Shown here: in pieces, positions 1-14,134 of the stretch | Layout: every line of letters begins with the position of its first letter | How positions within the stretch are numbered: the stretch's first letter is position 1 | DNA from: Eledone cirrhosa | Lineage: Eukaryota | Reading direction: 5' to 3' | Assembly (NCBI GenBank): GCA_964016885.1 | Contig: OZ024740.1 | Location: 289,664,001 to 289,728,000 of the forward strand | Length of the DNA: 64,000 bases | Notes under the pieces: generated by a model | What the model was told of the DNA's origin: nothing | What the model saw: only the letters and a program-made list of their open reading frames with translations | The model's database searches: none | Made by a program: the position numbers and the translations under genes

Positions 1-35
1 CGCGGATTTAAGCACGCGCTTCGAATAATATAGTA

Positions 36-126
36 CAGGGTGTCCCCCCAAAATGTATACACACTTCTAATAAATATTGCCTGTGCCGGTAATCAAAGTA
101 TGTATACATTTTTGAGGGACACCTTG
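36..126. mobile_element. Tc1/mariner-type MITE (~90 bp)
   Basis: TIRs caggg(tgtcc)...ggacaccttg flanked by TA on both sides; second copy at 23391-23489. Confidence 0.75.
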
Positions 127-311
127 TATTTAAAAAAACAAAAAACAAAACCCCAATAACCCTTAACGCTTGTTCCACTTGAAATAATTTCATTGAATGT
201 AAGAGAGAAAATGTTATACCTTAGGGCTGTCATCCTTTTCTTGAATTTTCTCAACCCACCGAGAATCTGATGTTATGTATTCTCCAAACCATCGACGTGC
301 TTTTGTACATT

Positions 312-572
312 CAGACCTGTTAACTCTCCCCGTCCGACGGCGGAGATTTCCAACCAACTTTGGGGTGGGTGAGAGATGTCTTCTCTTGTGAAAATGGGTA
401 TAGCTTTCATTATAAAATAAAGTACCAGTAATGCACTGGGTATTTGCTGGCCTTGTGCCTAAAGTAGAAACAATTATGTAAAATCTCCCCATTTTGCCTC
501 ATTTCTCTCCCTTCGGGGGCATTTTATTTCATGGTACTCCCCTTTTGGGTTTTTAGAGGTTGGCATGTCTGT
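312..572 (-). mobile_element. MITE-like repeat (cagacctgccaac termini), interrupted by a SINE 3' fragment
   Basis: Reverse-complement match to 723-901 and 30803-31146; SINE tail (aataaagtaccag...gtagaaacaattat) at about 412-478. Confidence 0.6.
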
Positions 573-722
573 ACATATGTGTTTTTGAAATATCGCGAGG
601 GTGATGGTCGTTGTTGGAGAACCAATTGCCCGAATAAGATGCAATCTCACTGAACTTATTTCTTCACAAATTCCGTTGTACTCTCGATAGTCGAGGACTT
701 CCTATTGCTTCTGTATCTTGCC

Positions 723-901
723 AGACCTGCCAACCTCTAAAATACGGAACGGGGAGTACCATGAAAAAGAATGCTCCCAAACGGAAGAAATGAGGTAAAA
801 CGCAGAGATTTTACTTGAAAGCTATACCATTTTCACACTAGAAGACATCTCTCACCCATCCCAAAGTGGGTGGGAGATCTCCCCGTCAAGTTGACAGGTC
901 T
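723..901 (+). mobile_element. MITE-like repeat, probably hAT-related
   Basis: Terminal inverted repeats cagacctgccaac / gttgacaggtctg; further copies at 312-572 and 30803-31146. Confidence 0.6.
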
Positions 902-1499
902 GTCTTGCTTCCATTACCAACTCCTCCCCATTTAACTTATTGTAGAGCTCCCACGTCCCTCTGGAACTTTCTTTGAGATTATAAAGTCCGATAAGGCCGT
1001 TGTTCACAAATGAATGTTTGTAATAAAAGCAAATGACAAATGAACCAGGAGAAATATAATTAAAAATTATTGTTTAAAGACAAAAAAATTAAATACACTT
1101 GGAGTGATTTTCATAGGAGTTTTGTGGAGTTTGTTGTTTAATATTTTATCATAGTTTTAATTAGTCATCAATCGCATCTATATTACTCTTTCATTTGTAT
1201 GTGTTGTACTATATTTTGTTTAATTACTAAGTATGTATAAGTCTTTGCTCTAATTTTCTGATTTCTGTTTTTTTATTTTTTTTTATTTAATATGATATTT
1301 GTGATTAGAATTAATTTTCCACTTTAATGTTGCCTTGACACATTTTTCTAAATGGATTTGTATTCCAATTGTTTTAGTGAATCCCTCTACACTGTATGTA
1401 AAAAGTCTTTGCATTGTCCATTATATTCATCTCTATACATGTTATAGTTGGTTTTCATTCCATACAAACTGCTATTAGCATACGATCTACTGTAAGAGT

Positions 1500-2750
1500 C
1501 AGAAATAAGTGAATGGATAGAGAAAGGTATCGTAAACCCAGATAGGGAGGAAATATCAAACTGGCCAAATTACGACCCAGTGACACCTGGATACTACATA
1601 AGGAGCTACAGCGGTGATATTAGCGCAAAGGATAAATGTTCACATGAAACAAAAAGACATTTATAGAAGAACAAAAGGAAGCCAAAGACGTTCACATGCC
1701 GAAAGGTCAGATACTGACCAACAAAACCATAGCTGTAGCCTTTAAACAAAAAGGGTCTGAGAATAGCATGGATTGATTATCAGATGGCTTTTAACTCTTT
1801 GTTCTTCAACTGTAGATTCTGAAACATTTACCGTGTCAGATAACACCAATGAAAATATATCATGAATAAACATAGTCATTTTTCAGTTTCAAATAAAACA
1901 CTGAAGAGTAACCAAAATATGGTCCCTACCAGAAAAAAATATTCCAAAGGGACTCTAACTCTTCATATATTTTCTTTCTGGTGTTAAGTTCTTTAGTCAA
2001 CAATATAAACGTGACTGGATATGGAAACAGGTACTACGGAATGGAAATCAAGCGCATCTTGTATGTAGATGGCTCAGTTGTAAGTCACAAACGACATCAA
2101 CTGAAGAGACTGCTACATAAAGGGAACAAATTGAGCAGGGAACTTGGTATGAAATTCGGTTTACAAAAATGTACTAACGCACCCCTCAAGCAAGGGAAAT
2201 TATATTATATTTGATAAAGATAAAGTTAAGAGTATTAAACCAAACATAGACTTACAGATACTTAGGATTTAATGAACTACATAGAGCAGAACGTTTATAT
2301 TTACAAGAAAGGATTAGAAAGGAAAATTATAGTCTTCATCAATTAATACTTAAAACACTGCCAAACGCCAGAAATAAGGCAATAGATATCGATAATCCAG
2401 CTGGTCCAGTAATGACTTATAGGTATACTAATCTGAATTGGAATGTAAGGGAATTAGCAAGACTAGTCAGAAAAACAATAAAAATAATGACTTCATTTCC
2501 ATTACGCCACTCAAACATCCACTATTTACCATGAATATAGTGAGTTAGGTGTTTTATGCAACTAGAAATATATAAATTATTTACTGTAGGATTCCAAAAA
2601 ATATCTAGAAAAAATAATAAATTGAAACTAATACAAATAACTACAACATTTGAACAATGAGAGGCTGGGGTAAGAGAAATAACAGACACTATTAAAAGAC
2701 TAACAATTAAATTGAAAATGTCTTGCAAATTGTCATGCTAAGAAGTTTGC
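1500..2750 (+). pseudogene. Highly degenerate non-LTR reverse transcriptase remnant (R4/Dong-like)
   Basis: Fragmentary RT-like peptides (AWIDYQMAF, ILYVDG, ELGMKFGLQKC) across many stops and frameshifts. Confidence 0.55.
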
Positions 2751-2807
2751 AAGAAAAGTCCTAACTTAGTCAATGACTGCCATAAACTCGCATATCTGAT
2801 GAGATGC

Positions 2808-3001
2808 CGTGGCAGAGTCTAGCCCCGGTCATTAGAGGTTCGGACGCCATGCTTTGACGCATAGAGTTACGGCCCTTGCCATTCTGAGTTCAAATCCCGC
2901 CGAGGTTAACTTTGCCTTTCATCCTTACGGGGTCGATAAAATAAAGTACCAGTAATGTACTGGGTATTTTCTGGCCTTGTGCCAATAGTAGAAACAATTA
3001 T
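2808..3001 (+). mobile_element. tRNA-derived SINE (Octopus OR/OK-like family A)
   Basis: B-box-like gagttcaaatcc, conserved body gaggttaactttgcctttcatcc...aaagtaccag, tail gtagaaacaattat; multiple copies in window. Confidence 0.8.
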
Positions 3002-3261
3002 GATTGTACTCTGAGCTGATCAATACGGAAACCATTGTAACATGCCAATAAATTTATATATATGGTGCAACATTGACTTCCATCCTACGTGATTTTATTT
3101 ATAGTTTGCACACTACAGCCACATTAACCTTGGAATACAAGCTAACACGAGAAGGACCATTGTAACAGCATCGGGTGGTTGATAAGGCGAACAGCCTGTA
3201 ACTGTAGTTACGTCATTATTTGAAACACACATATATATGCATACATACATACACACACATG

Positions 3262-3327
<66 letters not shown>

Positions 3328-3385
3328 AACCATATTTAGATTTTAGCCGCCGGGGTGTTCAGGTTTGCTGGGCCTCTCATATAAC

Positions 3386-3474
<89 letters not shown>

Positions 3475-3693
3475 ACACACACACACCCACACCCACACAC
3501 CCACTCAACACGCACGCACACACACACACACACTTACGCACACTCACACATATGTTAGTTCTTGCCTGGTGACCCTATGATAAACAGGCGAAACTCCAGA
3601 GTAACAAAACTCACTACTCAGGTTTAATAAATTAAATATTAAAACTCTACTTCCGTATTGAGTACTCTTTTCTCTCAGACATCAACCACATGC

Positions 3694-3768
<75 letters not shown>

Positions 3769-4346
3769 TATGAGTGTATAATTCTCAGCAGGAAGCAACC
3801 AAATATATCTTTTTCTGAGAACGTGACATTTTGTACATATTCAAAGACCTGGAACTAGGGATATAAGGAACGTGAGGAATTTGAGAAGAGAAACAAACAA
3901 CACAAATAATAGGTGTTCTATGAATAGCAACGAAATACACACACATACACGCACACAAACATAAAGATAAACCAGGCACACACACAAACACGCTCGCACC
4001 TACGCAAGGACAAACATACATTTATATAATACGAACTGACTCAAACACACTAAATATACCAGGCAAAACAATAGTTGAAGAGACTGTAGACATATTATGG
4101 TGTACAATCAATATGAACACCCTCACCTCCTACCACACATGTACTCCCTAATGATCGTTGGCAAATCACTGATGAGGGACTAATTTTATAATATATATAT
4201 ATATATATATATATACAGGTAAATGAGCAGCGCTTGCTAATGCAGTGAAAATATGCAGTAAATAAGTCGAAATGAAATGAATGATAATGTCGTTGTTGTT
4301 GTTGATGATGATGATGATGATGATGATTGTAGTGTGAGTGATAAGA

Positions 4347-4413
<67 letters not shown>

Positions 4414-4418
4414 ATTAC

Positions 4419-4530
4419 GAAGGCGCGTAGCTTAGGGGTTAGAGAATTGTATTTGCAATCATGAGATTGTGAGTTCGATTCCCGGACCGTGGGATGTATT
4501 ATGTCCTTGTGCAAAACACTTTATTTCACG
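4419..4530 (+). mobile_element. tRNA-derived SINE head (family B)
   Basis: A/B-box-like tagcttaggggtt...gagttcgattccc followed by gtccttgtgcaaaacactttatttcacg; similar at 10157-10266 and 54476-54600. Confidence 0.65.
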
Positions 4531-4834
4531 GAAACATTTCTTTGGTCCGATGTGACAGTAAGCGAATGTGGTCTGCGATCGTTTCCCATATATGATGGCT
4601 TTCAACTCATAATCAAATGTGACTACCTTTTACACCCTTTCCCTATCCTCATTACGGACTAAGGGGCTGCTCTCTCAGGCACCTGCAGCACTTCAACGTA
4701 TGACGCTGCAACATTACCGACCGATTGCTTCCTCCTATACTGCATCATCCGAGTAACGAACCTATAGAAATGGCGGTATTTCATTGTCGCAAACGCACGT
4801 GATATTCCAATTGTTGCAAAGAAAGGTTCGTCCG

Positions 4835-4898
4835 CTGTATGTGACGTCAACTGTATGTGACGTCAACTGTATGTGACTTCAACTGTATGTGACTTCAA
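4835..4898 (+). repeat. 16-bp tandem repeat x4 (ctgtatgtgacgtcaa)
   Basis: Directly visible; first two units contain TGACGTCA. Confidence 0.9.
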
Positions 4899-5164
4899 CA
4901 AATCCTTCTCCTAACTCGTGCTGAGTTAAAAAGGTAAAAAGAATACAAATGGAAAATAGAAAAATGTGGGAGAAAAATTGCCCACGCATTGGATTTTACA
5001 ATGATAAACGCTTGTCAACATATGAAGCCATCCAACAAAGAAAACCAGAGCAAGATGTCCAGAGACGATAACATTACAAGTTTCATGTAAGGCTATCTTT
5101 ATCTCATGTGTGTGTATTTACACATGCACACACACACACACACGCAGAAAGACACACACACACA

Positions 5165-5244
<80 letters not shown>

Positions 5245-5254
5245 AAAAAGTATG

Positions 5255-5351
5255 ACCCCGACGGCAGAGCTCAAGCCGTTTCGACGGCTATTTCTGGACT
5301 AAATTAGAATTTTTAGCCTGGTGAATAAATAGCCGAACTTGTCAAGGGGGT
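5255..5351 (-). ncRNA. Type I hammerhead ribozyme, variant core U3:A8 (Penelope pLTR)
   Basis: Minus strand: cccc-TTGACAA-g..cggctattt[..]aaatagccg.c-GAAA-cggc..gccg-TC-gggg; GUC cleavage triplet; homologous to the 3' end of the Penelope element at 21940-22038. Confidence 0.75.
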
Positions 5352-5611
5352 ACTTCCTTATATGGGAAGATTGTAGTTGTCAAGAGGATTGGTTAAAATT
5401 TGTTGTAAACACAAATAAGTCTATCATGGCATTTGGTGGGAGGGAGGGGTGGCTGAACTTGCCTGTAGAACAATGGGGGTGAGTGGAGCCGGTCAAGCGT
5501 TGAAAGTGATATGTATACATCAGATTCTAAGGATAGTGTATGAAGTGGGGGAGGGAGGTTATATATATATAACGTTGCTCCTTCTACCTGGAGTTGCGAC
5601 CGATAGATAGT

Positions 5612-5657
<46 letters not shown>

Positions 5658-6956
5658 TAAGAAAATTAACAAAGAAATGATAAGACAACGAACGGAAACA
5701 AAACAAAACGAAAAACAATTTTTTAAGGGGAAACATTAAAAAATTATTTTTTGAAAATGAATATACAAACGAACGACACATAACTCCATGGTAATCAGAC
5801 GTTCAAATGGACTTGGGCACTTTCGAACCCTACCAACGGTACTGTTGGTTCATCCGGGGGTCATAGCGTATGACATAAGTCAAACGCTGTCCAAAGGAGT
5901 ATGAGACGACAGAAATAACACATTCATTTATAGCCGTTAAGCTACAAGAAAACAAACAAACAAACAAACAAAGAAAACGTACAATTTTGTGTGACGTTAG
6001 GGAAGATGTCTTGTGTCTCTTATATATATGAGAACTGGAGCTTTCGTACAGTGGAAACTATTGGGGCAATATGGAATACTTACAGAAATTATATAAACAA
6101 TAATGTATAAAGAAATAAATATATAAAGAATCCAATATAAAAGCAACCAAATGTATAGACAAGTAACCAGGACTGGATTAACTTATTAACAAGGGCAGCT
6201 TAGATTACAGAACCCTGCTTACCAGTTATGGATTCTGATTTAGTAATGTGGTACTGAGTATGCTCTATTCCTACAGAACTATACCATCTTTAATTTTTTG
6301 AATGAACGATTTATTCAATATACGGAATATTTCCAAGTTTCAATACATTCTAAATAAAATAAATTACACTAATCAAATTGAATGGCAACGGTAACTGGGT
6401 AAGCGCTCTTCATTTTGGTCAGATATTAATTAATAGACTTGCCATTTTAGTTTTCTATTCGGTTCATTAATTTTATCATAATATAATTGAGCTTAACTAT
6501 TGTTTTTCTCATTAGGAAAATCGGTTGAACGAATGAGATTATTACTGATCTATTATAGATACAGTAATGCTAACTATCTTTATTAAATCAAATCCGAATT
6601 TTTAAACAGGTAAGAAACATTTTATAATGTAATTTCTAGTTTAATATTATGCTGTTAAGTAAAACTGTAAAATGAATAAATTTGAATTAATAGTTTCACC
6701 ATTAAACTACAAAAATAAATATATATTATATCAGGTTTGCATATCAAGAGCGAACATGAAACTTGTGCTTATTAAGTAACAATGATATATATTATTAAAT
6801 TCTTGTAATCTTTTGGTATTTAAGTTTTATGAATTTAAGTTTGCTTTAAAAACGTTAAAAACGAAATCAGAGCTCACAGAGGTACATCATCATCATCATC
6901 ATCATCCGGGTTATGAATGGATTGATCATATCTCTATAGGTCTTGATAGTTATAAT

Positions 6957-7172
6957 GATTTCTAGCATAGGTACAAGGCCAGTAATTTAGGGGGAGGGGA
7001 AAATCGATTAAATCGACTCCAGTATGTTATTGGTGCTTTATTTTATCGACCTCGTAAGCACGAAAGGCAAAGTTAACCTCGGTGGGATTTGAATTCATAC
7101 CGCAAAGGACCGTAACTCTATGCTGCAAAGCATGGTGTCCGACTCTTTACCGATACTGCCAATCTACCGCCC
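6957..7172 (-). mobile_element. SINE family A with 16-bp TSD
   Basis: Reverse complement of the SINE; TSD tcttgatagttataat at 6941-6956 and 7173-7188. Confidence 0.85.
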
Positions 7173-9154
7173 TCTTGATAGTTATAATACTTATGTCAAC
7201 TCACAGTTAAACGGGAAATGTTGCTAACGCCAATATAGAAAAGCGAATTGATAGGTAGGGGACACATTGTAGGTTTCTGGTTTATCGAGGGTGTTTGCAG
7301 TTGCTAGATGCTTGTTAATAAAAGTAATCCCATCTCGGATTGCCTGTTCAAATTTGTTCTGGATTTGCGGTTTTTTGAGATGTGAGCCTTACTTGAATTT
7401 TTGAAAGGGCGGGAATGCACACAAATTTACCGCATCTAAACCGTTGTCTACGAGGGCTCACCTTCTAAATGTCTCCAGCACCTCGGCTAACAGATAAATA
7501 CCAAAATTTAGGTAAAGTTATAAATAGAGGAGCGCTTGTATTCTTTTCAATTAACCTCACCTCATTCCAGCTGATCTATATTGACTGGCCCTTCAAATAT
7601 TCAGTGGGATTAAATAATAATAAGTACTATGATTCATGTAAAAATATTTCTAGTATTTGCAGTATTTCTCAGTTCGGAACTTTTCATACAAGAATTAACC
7701 CTTTAGCATTTAAGCCAGCTAGAATTCTCTCACATCTTTCTGTTCAAACCGGCTATAACCGGCCACTCATACTTATGTTAAGGTATTGCTCTCAAAATAA
7801 ATAATATCGAAATCTCATAGATTCGATATTATGTGAACATATAATAGTAAATATAGAGTAATGTAAATGCTAGAGGGTTCAGTTACTGATTTAGGCTGCT
7901 ACTGAAAATAACTTCGTTCCTTCAAAATCTTTTAAAATTCGACTGAGGAGTTGATACACTTTGTTAGTGCAATTATTGCACACCTCTTTTTCTGGATTGC
8001 TGCATGGGTTAAATGTACTCATATGGTCCCTTAATCCTATATCTAAAGAAATCTCTTGCTATTTCAAGCAAGACAAGCTGGAAAACCAACTATCTAATAA
8101 ATTATGCATTCAATACACATTTTGCTAAACGTGTAGTAAATCATTTTTTATTGTTTTTGGTGTCACTCTTACTTATCGAATTTTTGTTTCTAAATCAGAT
8201 CGGATTTGTTTGGCAATCCTTACTGTCCCGAAATATTTACCTTATAACACACTACACTTTATAACTGTTACCTTATGTCACACAGTCATGGTTGTCGCTG
8301 TAGTTACACGAGTTTATTTATATAAACTATTGATTTTTATAAGAATTTTTCATTAAATTTGTTTCAATAAGCAGCCGAAACAGGGATGTTAGGTGTCATT
8401 ATGCTTTTGGAAGGAAAAATGCAAAGAAAAGGAAAGAAGAGATAAACTTGTGATATCAAAAACACGTAATACTTAATTGTTCATGAAGATAGTGATGGTG
8501 TTACAACAGGTTAAGATAGAAATATAAGGACAATTAGTACTAGTGTGACAGAATGCATACAGGAATAGCCAGCATACATTGAATGCAAATCATGTGAAAA
8601 GAACAAGCACCCTAAAGGTATTGGTAAATGGCCAAACAATCTAGCTAATTGTGATCGTGAAAATTGGATAGCCAAGGGAAGTGATGAAAGTTAAGAAGTT
8701 AATAGTGACTTCTCTTCATATATGAAAAGAAATCTCAGCATTGTCAGATGTTTTATTTCACACATATTCATGAATCTACAAAGAACATGCAAAAAATTGG
8801 TTCTGTTATTCAGAAAGCAAAGAAAGCCTATTATATTTCCTATGTAAATTATGCCTTAGGGATGTTCATCGAAATTTAGGAGAGAGAGCGTTAATAAATG
8901 GAAACATGTAAGCAATCCATTAGGCCGATATTAATAACGTTCCTAGCATAGATAAGTTTTTATTTTATGTGTCGATTTCCAGCATGCGAAAGAAGTGTAT
9001 GTAGAAACCCGTAACTTCTGAGGGAGTCGTAGGGGCGCAGTATTGTCATATAGCTTTTATAGGGATTTAAAAAAAAAAATTTGGTGAAGCCCATCTCACC
9101 TCCAAGTCTGAATACAGCAGATGTCTTCCAGAGAAGTGCCGAGAGTGAAATAAT

Positions 9155-9287
9155 TGTTTCTACTTTAGGCACAAGGCCAGCAATTACCCAGTGCATTACT
9201 GGTACTTTATTTTATCGACCTCGTAAGGATGAAAGGCAAAGTCAACCTCGGCGGGATTTGAACTCAGATCGTAAAGGGACGTAACTA
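9155..9287 (-). mobile_element. 5'-truncated SINE family A with 18-bp TSD
   Basis: TSD tgccgagagtgaaataat at 9137-9154 and 9288-9305; an older related SINE follows at about 9335-9490. Confidence 0.85.
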
Positions 9288-9810
9288 TGCCGAGAGTGAA
9301 ATAATGAACATGAGAAAGATATATAGAGGAAGAATCGCCCCAGTACTTGACAGATATTTTTTTATCGTCCTTGAATTGATGAAAGACAAAATTGACCTCG
9401 CTGGGGTTTGAACTCAGGGAGCAGATAGCCGAAACGAATACCGCAAAGCATTCTAACCGACGTTCTAACGACTTTGCCAATTCGCCGCCTGGCGAAAGAA
9501 ATAGAGATTGGTAATTCTCTGGAATCTTAGTTTCTAAATGTACAAAATGCTGTACGCATATATTTGTGACGCGTTTTCAGAAATTCACTGAGTCTTCAAA
9601 ACGGCCCGAATAACACTGACTAACAGATAGCTAAGGGTCAGGGCCGCGTCTATTATGCTCAGCTAATGCGTGTTCCATTTTCCTTTGAATCTTTGTGCAG
9701 CAGCCATGACTGCAGATTTTCATGATTTTTTTTTTCAGCTGTTTTTGTGTTGTTTGTATCATCCGGCTCAGCGGTCAACCAGGCTTCACCCAAATGTTTC
9801 TATGATCAGT

Positions 9811-9900
9811 CCGCCTCTGATCCTGGTTCATAACTGTAGTTGGCCTCAGATCATGGTTACTAACTGCAATCCGCCTTTTATCATGGTTAGCAACTGCACA
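9811..9900 (+). repeat. Degenerate 30-bp minisatellite x3
   Basis: ccgcctctgatcctggttcataactgtagt / tggcctcagatcatggttactaactgcaat / ccgccttttatcatggttagcaactgcaca. Confidence 0.7.
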
Positions 9901-10306
9901 AGCCAACGCTCAATTTCGAAACTAAAACGGATTAACTATGAATTAAGTAACAACATTAGGAATAAAAATAAACCCCATTTGGTCATTCCTTGAGACTGTC
10001 TTGGTCAAGCTATGAAATTTTCAGCCTATGAACTTTTTACCCTCGTATATAGATGATAAATCTAAAAAATGTAACTCTTAAATTGTAGTACATTTTTGTG
10101 TGTTTTAATAATTACATGCATTTTTTTTCGAATCTAGGGCTCTTTTATAACAGTGAAAGCTCATGCCAGGTGGTTATGGTACTGGACTCATGTTCATAAT
10201 GTTTTCGCTTCGATTCCTAGACCAGGCAGAGCATTGTGTTCTCCAACAAGATACTTTATTTCACGTTAGGTAGGATCAGTAATGGGCAAACCAAGGAAAA
10301 TATGTC

Positions 10307-10429
<123 letters not shown>

Positions 10430-11469
10430 TGACGTAAATCATTAGATAAGGGAGTGATGATTTTGTTTGACTTCCAGCTTCGTCTGGTTGCGATTGTGAG
10501 TACAAGGCAGGGGTCTATTTCCCAGGTTTATGGATTTGCAGTGAAAACGATTGCAAACCATGTTGACATCTGTCAAGGGACCAAGAAAATTGCCTTCATG
10601 GGGCGAAGACTGGAAACATTCATCTAGAGTAAAGAGGACATATTGCAATAGTTTGTGGGGTCCAAAACTCCCCAGATCAACAACACATGGGCTAGAGGTA
10701 GATGTTTTTAAGAGGTAACTCTACATCCTGTTGTCTAAGTTTCAAGGTGATCATACAGCACGACAAGAAACGCAAATAAGGGCAACAGTGTCAAATTCTC
10801 TCATCCACCAATGGCCAACTAAGAAAGAATCGCTATAGAAAATGTATGAACTGGTGGTACTTTAGGATACCCCAGTCATAGATCAAGCACGGCAGTGAAA
10901 ACGATTAAAACAGAGCTTTTATTTATTTTAAAAAGGAATACTTCATAGTGAATAATAGTGCAGGAGTTTAATGGCCTCAGAGAATTAAGCTTAGTAGTAC
11001 ATCTGCTCTATCGGATTCTAGTCCTGCTACATTATATCCTAGGTGGGAACTTGTTCAACTTAGTAAAACTAATATTATGACGACTGAGACTTTGTGTGGT
11101 AATGCAAGATGGTGAGTGTTGGGATGGTGTTGTAGGGTCTTCATCGACTGAGGTTGGCAAATAAATAAATGAATAAATGTATATATTCAAACGACTATAT
11201 ATACGATCAAAACAAACTAAATATGTAAACTACCATATAAATATAATAACTGCTTGTCAGTTAGTTTATGGTGAATAATGTGGATTAAGGAATAATCTCG
11301 CCGGGATTATCGCTATTAAAGTAAATGTGTTTTCTGAATGCAATTTCATCTTAAATCCTCATGAGATTAATACGCGTAGCAATGCGGGTCCACGGTCAAT
11401 TGACACGTTTGGAAGATTTAGTCAACAGATGTATTTAACCTCATCAATAAATATCGGCTCAATTAATAT

Positions 11470-11628
<159 letters not shown>

Positions 11629-11946
11629 ACATACAAACACACAGATACATATATATAAACACACTATGTATGAAGAGGTCTGTGTTAATCTATATAGATA
11701 TATATTTGTGTGAGTGACCTTGAAAAACATTTTAGTGTATCCTCCCGTAGCGAATATTCATTAAGGCTCATGTATACAGCAATAATATAATATTACCTGA
11801 TCTTCGTATCCGGGTGGAGTAGGACTCATTCTCTCTTTCTTTCTGTCTGGCACTTTCACAATACACACATGTATGCATACAAACACACACAGACATACAA
11901 GCTTGTATAAATACATGCCTACATACTCGCATACATGCATAGGTAC

Positions 11947-12415
11947 TTACATACATACATTGCGTACATACATACATTGCGTACATACATACATTGCGTA
12001 CATGCATAGGTACTTACACTTACATACATACATTCATACATACATACATACATTCATACATACATACATACATACATACATTCATACGTACATACATACA
12101 TACATATATACATACATACATACATACGTACATTCATACATACGTACATACATACGTACATACATACGTACATACGTACATACATACATACGTACATACA
12201 TTCATACATACATACATACGTACATACATACATACATACGTACATACATACATACATACATACATACATACATACATACATACATACGTACATACATTCA
12301 TACATACATACGTACGTACGTACGTACATACGTACGTACATACATACATACATACGTACATACATACATACATACATACATACATACATACATACATACA
12401 TACATACATACATAC
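11947..12415. repeat. Long (TACA)n microsatellite with TACG/TTCA variants
   Basis: Directly visible. Confidence 0.95.
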
Positions 12416-12419
12416 ATGC

Positions 12420-13005
12420 AAGCATAACATAGCAGATATAATGATATGGGGCAGGGAAAAAGAAGGCAAGCAGTAGTGGAAGTTAGCTGCCCAGCAGTTG
12501 CTAATACAATATTAAAGATTAACGAAAAGGAGAATATCTAAGCAGAGCTAATGAGAAATCTTCAGATACTCCACCCTGACTATACTTTCAGATTTATACC
12601 TGTGATTATTGGGGCACTGGGATAAGTTATCAACTGCCTCAATACAAATCACGTGAAGCTTGGGTTCACAGAAACAGAAACAACACGACTAGTTAGGAAA
12701 TTACAAGTACAATCCATTAATGGAACAGTAAAAATATGTAAAACATTCCAATAATTCTGCATCTAATAACTGCATATACACTTGTACAGATACAACACAT
12801 ATGCACATGCACACATACAACTCAAAATATACACATCCACACATCCAATAACATCCATACCTGCACACACATGCATGCATGCAGACATGCATATATATCT
12901 ACCTAGTTGGTATTGTGTAAATTCCAATGAGAGAGTCTTGTAACTATGTTAGAAACTGACTCTCTCTCTATTGGCAAATATTTATAAAATTATAAAAGCA
13001 GAAGG
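12420..13005 (+). mobile_element. 3' end of R4/Dong-like non-LTR element (restriction-like endonuclease remnant + 3' UTR)
   Basis: Translates as ADIMIWG..VVEVSCP..EKENI*AELMRNLQILHPDYTFRFIPVIIGALG, a typical RLE C-terminus. Confidence 0.65.
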
Positions 13006-13104
13006 ACATACATTCCGCCCTTTGACGGGTTTTGTTTTTCATCCCGCATAATGTCCAAATTCACCTGACATATATACATACATATATACATATATACATA
13101 CATA

Positions 13105-13410
13105 GATGATGGCTGACCCCTCGTTATCGAGTATGGCCATTGCATGATATACCATTATTAATAATTATTAATTAATTCCATCGTGCAATGCCTGTGCGTG
13201 AAGATATTTTTTAAAGTGAGGAAAGACTGTGCACTGAGCCAATCCCACTCTCTGAGCGACAGTAGTTATAACCCGAAAAGAAGAAAAAATCAACGCCATC
13301 AGTAACTACTGAGCCACAGGTTTATATCGGAGTTATCCCAGTTTCCTGAGTTGCCTTCTCCTAGAAGAATGCCCTGACAAAGGCTAGGGGTCCTTCACTC
13401 CCAGTGGTTT
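13105..13410 (-). mobile_element. RTE-derived non-autonomous element (type A) with (ATGT)n-like tail
   Basis: Near-identical copies at 16668-16970 and 18283-18522; contains ctaggagaagg motif shared with type B. Confidence 0.6.
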
Positions 13411-13658
13411 TACATACATACATACGTACATACATACATTTATACATACATACACACATACATTTATACATACATAGGTAGATACTTTATGTACTTATGT
13501 ATAAGTGACACCGGTACATAAGTCGCGCCTCCATCTTACAAACTTAATTTACAAACTACCTTATATTCCGATATGGAATTTTGTAAGTCCAGTAGATAAG
13601 TTGCATAGTGGGTTTCGTGTCAGATTTTCATATGGAAAATGGTGTGACTTATACATGA

Positions 13659-13699
<41 letters not shown>

Positions 13700-14134
13700 T
13701 GAAAATAGAGAAATTAATGTGAGCAAGAAGCCAACAGTAATTCATACATATAAGTGACTATTACGTCAAGATGGAAAATATTTAACGTAAAATATGGGAA
13801 AATAATACAAAAAAAATCAAGACAAATTTTATCCACAGATTTTGTGTAATCCAGGGGAAAAAACCCAATAGAGTCTTAACTCAGAATAAAATTAAGTGTA
13901 AATACTTATCCTTCAATTTGGAAAAATCTACAAATGCTCTATATAGTCTTAAAAAGACTATTTCACGAAACTTTTCAGTGGGGTTAGTCACGGTTGAAAG
14001 CGTTCATCAGTAGAGCTCAACACGATAACTAAAACTCACAGCTAAAAATGCCAAAAGGGAATTTAAAAGCAGGCTAGTTACACCACGTGTGGAATTAAGA
14101 TAATAAACACACATGGAGAACAGGGCTAGTGACG

